The notes beneath the pieces are model-generated. The model had not been told where the DNA came from. It ran no database searches and worked only from the letters and a program-made list of their open reading frames with translations. The position numbers and the translations under genes are program-made. 64,000 nucleotides of DNA from Octopus vulgaris (taxonomy: Eukaryota): the NCBI GenBank assembly GCA_951406725.2, contig OX597833.1:9238001-9302000 (forward strand), in the 5' to 3' direction. Below, in pieces: positions 26,136-39,750 of this stretch (position 1 is its first letter; each line of letters begins with the position of its first letter).

Positions 26136-28292
26136 GTTTTTGGAATTATTAACAGTGGCATATGGTAGTTATTGTCATTGGGTGTGCTGCCACATTGACC
26201 ATACTATGACTAACATTAATATCACTCAAATTCAGCATACAAACTGTGTATTTCTATTCAAAATACAGGATCCAAAATGTAAATAATGTAAACTTAATTC
26301 ATTTGGGATACTGATATATAGTACTAAAGTAAACTGAATTAATAATACTCTATAAGTTATAAGCATTCTAAAATAAGCCATAATTTTCTTATGTGCACAC
26401 ACTGAAAAATAAGAAACTATATAATTTTACTTACTTCAATTACTTATATGTAAGTTCTGTTCATCTTTGAGATGTAAAATGTTCAATAACCTCATCATAC
26501 ATAAGTCTTGTTTTTGACTTCTAAAAGTGTATTATCAGTTTTGAAAACAAATTAAGATCAAAGCTATATGACGATATCGTAAGAAAAAAATTATAGTAAA
26601 AAAATTATTTCAAACATACAACTTCTAACCATGAAAATAAACATGTGACCATGTTGTCAAAGATGTTGCATGCCCTTTGCCATTAATTTTTCGCCATTCT
26701 TCCATTATCCTATGATATGCCTGGTACCATATTATGATACAATGTGTTGTGAAGTATGCAGTGTTATTTCGGGACACCCACCACCAAATTTCAAGCAGAG
26801 ATATAATAAAAGTTTTCCATTATGATTTGTGATTAAATCAATAAGTAAGGTTGATATTTATAATGAATTTGCTATTTTCAGTTGGTGTGCAGCACCCACC
26901 TAACACACCCAGAATATATGCCTTTGATTATTAAGTACCTCACATTTGGTGATGAAACAATTTTTCCCCTAATATTTACAAATAAATGTTTTTATAAATG
27001 AACTTTAGGTGAGTTAAAATATATTTGTGACATTTTAACTTCTAAAGAAAAATTCACTACAGTTACTGAGGCCACAAATTTCTCTCTTAAAAACACCATA
27101 TCTACCTAAGTAGATTCCTAGATGGGCTTCTGGTTTTTTTCTGCTCAAGGAAAGCACTGGGCAGATATGGTGTTTTACACCTTTTACTATAAAAGAGAAA
27201 TTTTAATCCATGGTAACTGCAAGGAATTTACCTTTAGAAGTTCAAATATGCCACAGACATATTTTAACTCACCTAAAGTTAATTTATTCCTTATCATTGC
27301 TTGGCACTGATGCTGCTATTTAAAAAGTTTTTCTTAATCAAAAGAAGCTTTATCCAAAAATTAGAACCTATAAACGACAACTCATATCAACTATTTTTAA
27401 ATTGGAGTTAAAATTTCAACATTACATATATATACTCCCTAATTTCTGTTTATGAAGATATCTCAGTTTGAACAATTTGACAGATTCTAAATTGTGAAAG
27501 AACTGAAAATTATGCTGGAAAGTACAAAAATTTTAATCCCAAATCTCATTCCTCAATTTCAGTATATTTCTAATATTTTACTGTTTATCAGTCTTGTGAT
27601 CATATTAGGAACAGAGGGAAGAATTCCAAAGAAATATTAAATCATCCACACATGTTTGGACTTATTGAAGATTATTTTATGAATATAAATGGACATTGAG
27701 ACATTAGTTTCTGCTTGTATCTCTGAAGCAGACATACATTAATTCATACACAAAATCGAAGAAATGTAATGCTTACAAGAATGTATAAATCTTAGATATA
27801 ATTCAGTTTAAATACATTCATGAAGCATATATAATACATTATTATCTTGCTTCTATTTTACACAAAGCCAACAAACGCAGGCCAGAAAATATATTAAACA
27901 AAGAATCTATCTATAAAGACGATGAACAGCTTAAAGAAAAGTCATAGATAATATTGATTTATTTTCGCTACTCAGGAGATCAATATTTTATAAAGAAGGA
28001 ATCTAATCAACTGAATATGTCCCAGTGAATTGCTGTTATTTACTTTAGGAAGAGCAAAGTTGAGTTTGACAAGATTTGACTTCACAGCCAAGAATAAAGA
28101 ACTGAAAAACTGAAATAACCTATCTGCTACATTATTGGTATCACAAGAGCATTTCATCCATATTTCTAGTTATTGATAATTAGTAAATTCTCATGGAACT
28201 AGAATATTAGATAAGATGGGTTCTTATCCACTGGTCACTTGGTTATTTCTGATGATGTAAGAATCAATTTAGTCTTTAATATTGTTTTACTA

Positions 28293-28695
28293 TAGGTGTA
28301 GGAGTGGCTGTGTGGTAAGTAGCTTGCTTACAAACCACATGATTCCGGGTTCAGTCCCACTGCATGGCACCTTGGGCAAGTGTCTTCTATTATAGCCATG
28401 GGCCGACCAAAGCCTTGTGAGTGGATTTGGTAGACAGAAACTGAAAGAAGCCCATCGTATAAATGCATATATATATGTGTGTGTGTGTGTATGAGTGCTT
28501 GTGTTTGTCCCTCCCAACATCGCTTGACAACCGATGCTGGTGTGTTTACATCCCCGTAACGTAGCGGTTCAGCAAAAGAGACTGATAGAATAAATGCTAA
28601 GCTTACAAAGAATAAGTCCTGGGGTCAATTTGCTTGACTAAAGGCAGTGCCCCAGCATAGCTACAGTCAAATGACCGAAACAAGTAAAAGAGTAT
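28293..28695 (+). mobile_element. tRNA-derived SINE, full length, CpG-decayed
   Basis: Colinear with 59860-60268, with many CG>TG/CA changes. Confidence 0.9.
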
Positions 28696-30084
28696 AAAAA
28701 TTGTAAAACTGAGGCCATTCCTAACTTAAGGGTTTACTAGGGAACACTTGTTGCAAGGATTCATAGCCTGATTTTCATCTAGGTACAACAGAACAAAGTT
28801 ATATGGGAGTGGGGATTAATAGAATGTTATAATTGAATTACCAAGACACTTACCAACATTGGACAAATGTTGCAGACCCATCCTACTTTTGTGATAAAAT
28901 AAACAGGAAATTTTTCATATTTAGTTTTAAGGAAATTTTATTTTGTTCTTTAAAGAGGACTGTATAACTTGCACATATACAATGCTGTTAAAATTAAACC
29001 TTTCCATAAGGTTTATCACCTAGGTCAGGATTCTGTAGTATTAAATCTGCTATGAGACACAATGCTAGTCTTTAGCAAGTAACTTTCTTTACAAGAGAGA
29101 GTTGTGCTAAGACAGGGAGCATCCAGTTGGCTGATTCAAATGAACTGAAGCCATTGTTGTAGAGGTAGAGACAAAAATATGTATCAGGGGTTGTAGAGAT
29201 GGTGAAGGTGTATTTGGCAATTAGGTCTTCTTTCTTTTGTGATTTAGTCAGAGGAGCCAGAAAAAGCACTGATGGTTATTTTCAAGAGTCTTTGAGACTA
29301 ACGGGAAGAAATTATACTTGGAATAAAAACCTGGATTGATTCTGTTATTGGTAACCATGGATGAGGGATTAATTCTGGATGAACTTTATATTATATATGT
29401 CCCATCCAAAAAAACCTACATGATACTAGTTGATGAGATGGTAGCATAAAACATCTTAACCTCTACACAACAGCCATGGATTTCAGTACATTATCACTTT
29501 ATTTGATCTGTGTTTAATACTTCAACTTCAAAGGTTACAATGAGCTCTTAAACACACTTCTTATGCTCACCACCACAACAACCTCTCTCTCTATATTGCA
29601 TAGTTGCTATCAAAGAAGACAGTCAAACACTTTTATTCCAACATACTGCTATGATAGACAAAATATTAACAAACATTTGTGTAGTTAATGTTGTGTTTAG
29701 TTGAATCTAAACAGATCTCTATAATCCACATAAGTATTACATGACAACAGATGTTGAATATTGTCAGATGATGATAAAGATGAGGAAAATGATGGTGGTG
29801 ACAGTCATGGTTATAGTGATGAGGGTAATGGCTGTGGTGGTGATTGTAGGAGTGATGATTGCACTAATAGTAGTGGTGATGGTGATAGGGATGATGGTGA
29901 TAGGGATGATGATTACAAATAAAACAAAAACAAAACTTAAATAAACAAGCATTGTGCAAAAATGGGCATAAAACACATGGACTCAGAAGAGAATAACACA
30001 CATGCGTACCTACATTTATATGTGTGTGTGTGTGTGTGTGTGTGTACATACACACACACCTATGTATGTCTCTTCTATTTTTTT

Positions 30085-30333
30085 AATTATAATAAATCTT
30101 TCACTGAGGAGGGAGCCAGTTTCCAACAAAGATACAAGGATCCATGTTTGGGATTTAGTTAATACAGACAAATTCACATTTGGAACTTGAGAAAAGTCTT
30201 GCATATTTTTACTGTTCCACTCACAGATTGGACTTGTAATGTACAAATCAGCCGGTCAATTTCTCTTTCTGAAAATCCCAGTTTATCCAGATTCTCCTTA
30301 AAGCATTTACTAACAAAACCCAGTGTTCCAATT
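30085..30333 (-). mobile_element. 3' end of a restriction-like-endonuclease LINE (R4/Dong-like)
   Basis: IIGTLGFVSKCFKENLDKLGF...LQVQSVSGTVKICKTFL, comparable to VIGALG...IQKIVLMGTAHIL at ~13560-13700. Confidence 0.6.
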
Positions 30334-32369
30334 ATGTATGTATATATGCATGTGTGTGTGTGTATGTATGTCAATTTCATCATCATTTTAACAGTCAATT
30401 TTCTGTGATTGCATACCTTAATATTATTAATATAACTACATTCACCTTTACCTTCAACTCTCATTCTCCTCATACACTATTTGCAATGTCTGCCCACCTT
30501 CACCTATCTTCATTCCTTCTTTTCTTCACTTTTTTTAACTTTGAAGAAGGAATACTCTGACATCTTATCCCTACCATCTGTGTCTCTCTTTTTAACACTC
30601 CCATCAAATTACTCCCATCCATCCTTATGTAATGCAGGGTAGCCAATCATCTCCCAACATTAATAAACCTGTTCCTGTTTTCTCTATCATACTCTAATCT
30701 CTTAAAACCAAGCATGAAGCTGCCTTTTTCTCTACTCTTCTCCCACTCATCCAAGGGGATTTTTAGTCTTGCAAGTTACACGGTAACCTCACTATTGCTG
30801 GTGCCTTGGAAAAAGCATCCAGTATACTCTGTAAATGGTTGGCATTAGAAGGGACATTCAGCTGTAGAAACCATGCCAAAGCAGACACTGGATCACAGCA
30901 CAGTCCTCTGACTTGTTGGATCCTGTCAAACCATCCAACCCATGCGAGCATGGAAGATTGGACATTAAATAGTGATGATGATGATGTATATATTTCACAC
31001 ACACACACTCAGCTAGCTAGCTAGAAAAATAGGTAGGGACATGAAACATGGAAACAGATGAGTATTTGGGATGTAATAAAACAGTAACTGTGTTGTTAGG
31101 CAATTAAATGTTCAAATTATGCTATTACAACCTGCTTAGATATAAAACTAAAAAATTCTACATATATGCAAATTCTACATTAATATCCAGTCAAGGATTT
31201 AATGATGAGCTTGATGGCTAATGAAAATTAGAAATTGTAGCAATTAAGAAAAGAAATTAAAAATTAAATTGAAAATTCAAATAAAAAAAAAAAATCGTGA
31301 ATATTTTCAAAAAAATATTTTAAAGATTCCGGAATTGTCACAAAACCATGTAATAAAAAAGTGAAAATACATTTTTTGTTTTATTGTTTATATTTTTGAA
31401 CAAATTTTGATGAATATGAAAATGTATGTACATTTGTAATAAAATCAATAAAAAGGCAAGAACAGATGTGATTTACTGTCAATAAGTACACTTTAATGAA
31501 CTTCAGGAACAGTTAACGAGTCTCACAATGTTGAATTTATGCAAGTCCTTGTCAACTAAATCCTTGATTCTCTAAATTACTTATTCCTTATGTTGCTTAT
31601 GATCTCCGACTTTTAGACAAATCTTTAAAGACTGTCTGCTTAGCAGATATATTATATTTTGTAGTTTGGCATTCATAGTACTGTGGCTGTTCTTAGGATA
31701 AAATGGATTTTGACTGAGGGTGTTGTTTTATTACAGTTGAATGACTCTCATGCTGCTAACTACATAACCATGAAGGACAAAGTCAATGCATAGGCTAAAA
31801 TAGAATTTGAAACTCAATGCCATGTGCTTGGTAGTCCAATAGTCCTTTACCTCACATTCATTTTTACAATCCAGTCATAGAAACCATACCACAACAGACA
31901 TTTGGAGTCTGGACAGCTCCCTGGCTGGCCAGCTTCATGTCAAACTGTCCGACCCATGCCAGCATGGAAAAACGGACGTTAAATGATGATAACCTTCTTC
32001 ACTGACTTGAGCTTCCCTAATCAGTAGCCACCAGTAAGGTTGTGGAGGTCTGCCTTTTATACATCTCTCCCTTTCTCCTGCAAATATCAACCATCTCCAC
32101 CCCACCACCATTTCATTTGTGCCCTGATACTTCTTGCTATACCAAACAACTGACCACAACAACCTCCATCAATGCCTACACATATCAAGGAAACAACCTC
32201 ACACCACTACACTCCATTGACCTGCAAGAAACAACAGTCAATTTCTTTCAAATTATTCTCTCTTGAGACCTGCAAATGTCACTGAGATTGTTCTACCTTA
32301 TCTGACTACCTTATATACAACAAAAGAGAGAAAGCTACCTACATGTTTGGGGTACCTTACCTCTTACTG

Positions 32370-32438
<69 letters not shown>

Positions 32439-33709
32439 GCAGACACATTCTGGAATCCTTCCTTCTCCCATTGTCACCAAATTGATTGATAAATAATCGT
32501 TTGCTCTTCCCATACAACCAACACCCTACAAATATGTGGTTTCTCCTTTGTCAGCCACTACTAAACTGAAGCAAACTGTATATTACATTGGTCCACCCCT
32601 ACCCGCCATTGCTCATCTAAACTCACCCAACCATCCAGTATCAACCATCTGTTACTTTCTGTCAGTCACCAACAGGACTTCCACCCCCACCCAGTCACAA
32701 TGACCACACAACTTTTGTGAAATACAGAAATGTGAATTTTTGAGATTAATCTCAGAATAATAATAATAATAATAAAAAAAAAGAAACCACAGAAGTGATG
32801 AAACTGTTAGAAGCAAATAATATGGGAAGCTTAAAACCCTTAATTCTTTCAAGTCTACAAGTGGCCACTGTTCTTAACTTTTCCTGTGGTCAATGAGAAA
32901 GCTTCCATGCTTCCACAACAAAAGGTTACACACTCCCATAAGAGTTATTATTTATATGTAAACGCCTTAGATGTAAATTTGTCATCAAAGGAGTAAAAGA
33001 TGGTGGAATGGCTAGTTCTGAAAGAGATTCCAACAAAACTATTTTCAAGTGATTTAGTTTAACATGAAAGAAACAGTCAAACATTATAACAACAGGTTCA
33101 TATAATATTACCATATTGTCCAGGAATATGTACATCTCTCATCTAAAGAAACTAATCGTATGGACCCTTAGAAGTCTTTAAAGGCTAAGTTCTTTTTTCC
33201 CCTGCAATAAAACCTTCAGGACATCAATGAATATTTTCTTATATTTGAATATGCTTACTTCTGGTTACTTGGCAATCTTTTGATTAAAGTAGCAAAGTTA
33301 CAAAAGTGTTTGGTTGGCAATTTCTATACAAAATTTCTACTTCTCTAATTTTTCTCTTCAGCTGAATCACTTATGTTTATATATTCCCAGTGTATGTTTT
33401 ATGTCTTTATGTGTGAGTATGTATATTTGTACAACATATATATTATATATGCATATCTGTGTACATACATACATAAACATAGTACTTACACAAATATACA
33501 TACATACACACAAACATATCATACATACACAAAATATACACAAACATAAGCGACTCAGCTGAAAAATATATTAAAGAAACAAAAATTTTGTACAGAAACT
33601 GCAGAACAAATGCTTTCGTCAGCAACTTGAACAGATTACTGGTTGCTTCATTATTAGTTTCATCGTTACAATCAATTTCACTAAAGAACCTACATCATTT
33701 TTGGAATAT

Positions 33710-33826
33710 TTATTTAAAATTAAAAAACAGGGCCTTATTTAAATTAAAAACAGGGCTTTATTTAAATAAAAGATGGAGCCTTATTTAAATAAAAGATAAG
33801 ACCTTATTTGAATTAATAATTTAAGC
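33710..33826. repeat. ~23 bp AT-rich minisatellite, about five copies
   Basis: Repeated ttatttaaa(t)taaaa....gcc. Confidence 0.75.
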
Positions 33827-35337
33827 CCGCTAACAGCATTAGGATATTTATTGCGAATTAGAGATAAAAATAAAGAATAAAAAATAAAGTGAATGTATGA
33901 CAGTTTATGATATAAATCATTATTTTTTATAATTATTAATTATTAAAAATGTTTCAACTTCACTAATTATTTGCCTTTCAGATATATTGCTACTAATGCT
34001 CCTGTGAGAGATTACCATGCCAAACTGTCTCCCATTCCAGAGAAGTTGAACACTATTTGTTTAAACATGAAAAAATATTTAGTTTCTTCGCTTTCTACAT
34101 TTTACCTAAATTATTGGTGGTTTCATGTCTAAAATAATTTGTGAAACACAACCACATCAAGTGCCATGTGTATTAATGTTGTTCATTTATCAGTCGATCT
34201 TTGCTCATCCATGACAGTCTCTTCTTTTACCAGACAAAGGATATAGGACTCCAATACCCAAAGTGTTCTTCTTTTAAGGCTATAGATATGATATATGTTT
34301 GTCTGCTACTTCTAGTAGTTTGAATAACCATGTAGTGGCTGATTATATTGAAAGTTGTTTTCTTCTGGTGGAAACTAGAAGTAAGTTGGTTCCTATTTTC
34401 CACCAGAAGTAAATTGGTTCCTATTTTGTGATATGGTTGATTTGTGAGTTTGTCCAAAATGGGTCCTGTTACTTTGTGATGCTCGATGTTTTGGTCAGGG
34501 GTACTGACAACTATTAATATTGTATAGCAGAGCTCAGGAAATGATTCTGACTATTTTCATTAAATGTTTACAAATACAGTCTAGCCAGCAAAATATGAAT
34601 TATAAAAGACCAAACTTCATTATCAATTATTAATTTAATTAAATTAAAAAACAAACAAACAAATGATCTGGTTTGATAAAAACCCAAATCATTGATTGTT
34701 GTAACTGATTAACTGCATCAATGTCTAATTGAATGAATATTGATTAAAAACTGGTGAAGTCATTCATTCAAAAATCATCCAAAACTTAGTTTATATTAAT
34801 CAGACTCAGTATTTCGTGTGAGAGACCAAACAAGCCATTTTATAAACATTAAAGACAAAATCAATTAAAACCTATGTCTTAGACTCTTGTTTAGGAATAT
34901 CATTATTTTAGTAATAAATTTATTTTATGCTTCTGGGGCATATTTTGAATTTATTTCTTTATTTCTACCTTAATAATGACTGAAACCCAACACTGAAACT
35001 ACACGTGTCTTTTGTAATGAATCTTCTTTTGTATTTATGTCATTTCAGAAAGAAGGAATGGAAAAAACCTATTATTGATTGAATTCTACAAGTTGCAGGA
35101 AGATTAAGAAACATGAGTAGCCTTGTTGCATGATATCTACATAAGAATGAGGCCAGAAAAGTTATTACACCTGAAGTAGATCCGTTTGGTTTCAACAAAA
35201 GACCAGCTCTCACGCCAAACAACTGCTATTCTTGAAGACAATGGAGAAAATTCCACTTGGACATTGATAAACAACACAACAAGGGGGAGGGGACAGCAAC
35301 AGATTAATAAATGTACATATAAATACATGAGAACATA

Positions 35338-35369
<32 letters not shown>

Positions 35370-35514
35370 CATCCATACATGTATATATACTTGAATGTAT
35401 ATATAAATATATACATAGAGGTGCAGGAGTGGGTGTGTGTGATATGAAGCTTGCTTCCCAACCACATGGTTCTGGGTTCAGTCCCTCTGCACGGCACATT
35501 GGGCAAGCCTCATA

Positions 35515-35554
<40 letters not shown>

Positions 35555-35589
35555 TATTATATATATATATATTATTTATATTATTATAA

Positions 35590-36575
35590 AGGAAGATAAA
35601 GGAAGGCTAACTGGGAAGACAGTTTTTGTATGTGGCAGATGCTCGGGAGCGATAAACACTGAAAATGCGCAGAGACCAACTTCTGCCACGTTCCAGAGAG
35701 AAAAGCTAGAAGTAGTTGATAGCTTCCGTTATCTAGGTGACCAAATCAGTAGCAGAGGAGGGTGCACTGAAAGTGTAGTTGCTAGAATAAGAATAGTATG
35801 GGCAAAGTTCAGAGAGCTCTTACCTCTGCTGGTGACAAAGGGCCTATCGCTCAGAGTAAAAGGAAGACTGTATGATGCATGTGTACGAACAGCCATGCTA
35901 CACGGCAGTGAAACATGGGCTGTGACTGCTGAGGATATGCGTAAGCTTGCAAGGAATGAAACCAGTATGATCCGATGGATGTGTAATGTCAGTGTGCATA
36001 CTCGACAGAGTGTAAGTACCTTGAGAGAAAAGTTGGACCTAAGAAGCATTAGATGTGGTGTGCAAGAGAGATGACTGTGCTGGTATGGTCATGTGGTGAG
36101 AATGGATGAGGCTAGCTGTGTGAAAAAGTGCCACACTCTAGCGGTTGATGGAACCTGTGGAAGAGGTAGACCCAGGAAAACCTGGGATGAAGTGGTGAAG
36201 CATGACCTTCAAACATTAGGCCTCACCAAGGAAATGACTAGTGACTGAGACTTTTGGAAATATGCTGTGCTCGAGAAGACCCGGCAAGCCAGATGAAACC
36301 ATAACCCGTGGCCTATGCCAGGAGCATAACCAGCCCGCTTATGCATAGCTTTTCCTTCTTTGGTCAGTAAACTCTGCTTGCAAAGACCTGTTGAGGCAAG
36401 TGAAATCAAAATCAAAATCAAAAATCATTTTGATGGCTGGCATCCATGCTAGCGGGGTGCAAAGAGCACCATACGAGTGTGATCGTTGACAGAACCGCTA
36501 TTCGAGTATGATCGTTACTAGCGTTGCCTTACTGGCACTTATGCCTGTACTAGAAGGGTGCCAAGAACACCATCC
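35590..36575 (+). mobile_element. RTE LINE 3' fragment
   Basis: VVDSFRYLGD...LVTKGLSLRVKGRLYDACVRTAMLHGSETWAVT...RGRPRKTW, then 3'UTR. Confidence 0.9.
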
Positions 36576-36587
36576 GAGCAAGAACAC

Positions 36588-36912
36588 ATACATCGGTGCA
36601 TACTGGCTTCATTTCTTGTGAGCTTACGCATGTCCTCAGCAGTCACAGCCCATGTTTCACTGGCATGTAGCATGGCTGTTCGTACACATGCATCACACAG
36701 TCTACCTTTTACTCTGAGCAATAGGCCCTTTGTCACCAGCAGAGGTAAGAGCTCTCTGAACTTTGCCCAGGCTATTCTTATTCTAGCTCTTCACTTTCAG
36801 TGCACCCTCCCCCACTACTGACTTGGTCACCTAGGTAACGGAATTTATCAACTACTTCTAGTTTTTCTCCCTGGAATGTGGCAGAAGTTGTTTTCTGAAC
36901 ATTTCAGTGTTT
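36588..36912 (-). mobile_element. Inverted RTE fragment of the same family
   Basis: TKGLLLRVKGRLCDACVRTAMLHASETWAVTAEDMRKL; reverse complement of ~35655-35980. Confidence 0.9.
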
Positions 36913-37040
36913 CATATGTATATATATATATCTACTTATGTACATATATATACATATGTATATATACATACATATGTATACATGAAAAAATACATACATA
37001 AATACATACATATGTATATATATACATATATATATATATA

Positions 37041-37607
37041 CACTACCGTCAGAAATTAATTAGCACCCTTGATTTGCTCACCATGAAGCATGGTGGGGGT
37101 GGTCTGATGGTGTGAGGGGCGTTCAGCTACAGTGGTGTTGGGCGGCTCTATGCCGTCGAAGGCAACATCAACGCAGCAAAGTACGTTGAGATAGTACGGG
37201 ATACCTCTTTGGTGGCGAGGAGTATGTGCTGGCCAGTCACCTGACCTGAACCCTATTGAGAACCTCTGGAGTCGATTGGGTAGGGATTTGAATGTGCAGC
37301 AATACAGGAACCGACACGAGCTGTTTGGGGCACTTCTTGCTGCATGAGGGGCCATCCCTGCACAGTACCTGCAGGCACTCATAGACAGCATGCCGACCCG
37401 CGTAGCAGCTGTCATTGCTGCCAAAGGAGGTGCAACAAGATATTGACTAAATTTCACGATTAATAACAATTATGTGGTGTGCTGGGATATGTTTTAATAA
37501 ATTTTTGATTAAAATCGAGTTCGTTTCTGATAATAAGTTAATTAAATTAAGAAAATGTAAGAAAATGTAGAAATTTGAGAAGTGCTAATTAATTTCCGAC
37601 GCAAGTG
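37041..37607 (+). mobile_element. Internally deleted Tc1-family DNA transposon with both TIRs and TA target sites
   Basis: TA|cactaccgtcagaaattaattagcac ... gtgctaattaatttccgacgcaagtg|TA. Remnant KHGGGGLMV*GAFS...QSPDLNPIENLW...SMPTRVAAVIAAKGGATRY*. Confidence 0.9.
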
Positions 37608-37657
37608 TATATACATACATATTTAACATACATATACACACACACACACACACAGAC

Positions 37658-37691
<34 letters not shown>

Positions 37692-38052
37692 ATATGTATG
37701 TATGTATGTATGTATATAAGTTAGGAGAGAAAAGTAACATCATTTATAGGGCATCTGGGACTGAACAGAGCTCCAGCTAAATAAATGTATACATATAGGA
37801 TGTAGAATCTGAAAATTCGGTGTAAGACATATGGATTGTAGAATAAGTTAACATCAAATAACACATATAGTTAAAGGTATGCAGAATGTGTGTGTGTGTA
37901 GATAAAGACAGAGAGGAAACTAACAAGGGAGGGGAGAATGAGACGGGGGAAAAATACAGAGGAAAATAAGAGAAGAAATAAATAAAGGAGGAGTTTATTC
38001 AGTGGGTGAACACAAAGAATGTATTAAAGTATAACAGTGGTTAGATAACTGA

Positions 38053-38324
<272 letters not shown>

Positions 38325-38510
38325 GAATGTTCTTTGGAATCTAACAAGGTTTGCTAGCAGAATTGCATAGTAGTAGGAGTTCTGAGTTCACATATCTAAA
38401 AACTGCAGAAAGTCTGCAGCTGGCAAAGATAAACAGTTAATACTACATCTTAATTTCTCTCTGAATTTCACACATCATATATTGATTAATATTAACAGTA
38501 TACATACACA

Positions 38511-38551
<41 letters not shown>

Positions 38552-38655
38552 GGATATATATATATGAAGTATATATATATATATACTATATATATATGTG
38601 TGTGTGTATGTATACAAATATAATATATATTATGTACATAAATACAATACATATG

Positions 38656-38703
<48 letters not shown>

Positions 38704-38782
38704 TATATAAATATTTAATTAATAAATTAATTTATATCCATTGAATCTCTCCATTTTCAAACTTATTAATTATATATATATA

Positions 38783-39112
38783 TGGTGGTGACCCCCTTCG
38801 GTCAGACACTGACCATGGGTTTGCACCTAGAGAGTTACCCTCTAAGGCACAAGTCCGGGCAAGGTTGTTTTATGGAAGACCAGCAGTCGCCCATGCATAC
38901 CGGCCTCCCCTCTCCACGTCACCGATGTTGTCCAAGGGAAAGGCAAGGTCGATACAGCTTGGCACCTGTGATGTCGCAACTCATTTCTACAGCTGAGCGA
39001 ACTGGAGCAACGTGAAATAAAGTGTCTTCCTCAAGAACACAACACGCAGCCCGGTCCAGGATTCGAGCTCACAACCTCACGATCGTAAGCTCGACGCTCT
39101 AACCACTGAGCC
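38783..39112 (-). mobile_element. tRNA-derived SINE (third family)
   Basis: Minus strand ggctcagtggttagagcg (A box)...gagctcgaatcc (B box)...gtgttcttgaggaagacactt. Confidence 0.8.
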
Positions 39113-39130
39113 ATATATATATATATATAT

Positions 39131-39750
39131 ATGGCTTCCATTAACACACAAATAGTGAGCGGTGTTCCGCAGGGCACTGTTTTGGGACCACTACTGTTCA
39201 TAATGGCCCTCTCAGACATGCCCTCAGCCACGCAGAGAGCCACGATCACAAGTTATGCAGATGATACAAAAGTTTCACAGGCAATACAGAACCCTGAAGA
39301 CACTAAGCACCTGCAATGTGAGCTAGACGAAATATACAAGTGGGCTGAAAAGAATAGCATGCAGTTCAATGCTGAAAAGTTTCAAGCTTTATACTATCAG
39401 CATGCAAAACTGAATGCAACACCCAATGAATACACTGGACCCGGAGGGATTGCAATCCCAGAGGCACAATCAGTGCGTGACCTGGGTATTCACATGAGTG
39501 ATGACGCGACCTTTCATGTACATGTTGCTAAACTGGCAATAAAATGTAGACGACTGGCTGGATGGATTCTCAGAACCTTTAGAACAAGAGAACAAGAAAC
39601 CATGATGGTCCTCTGGAGGACACTTGTCCTAAGCCACTTTGACTATTGCTCTCAGTTATGGTCACCATCCAGTGTCAAGTTGATCACAGAGCTCGAGGCG
39701 ATCCAGCGTAGCTACACGAAGAAGATAGCCTCTATGCAGAATGTAAGCTA
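39131..39750 (+). mobile_element. CR1-clade LINE RT fragment, open frame
   Basis: SGVPQGTVLGPLLF...YADDTK...MQFNAEKF...VRDLGI...LSHFDYCSQLWSP...LEAIQR; same family as 1490-2432. Confidence 0.9.
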
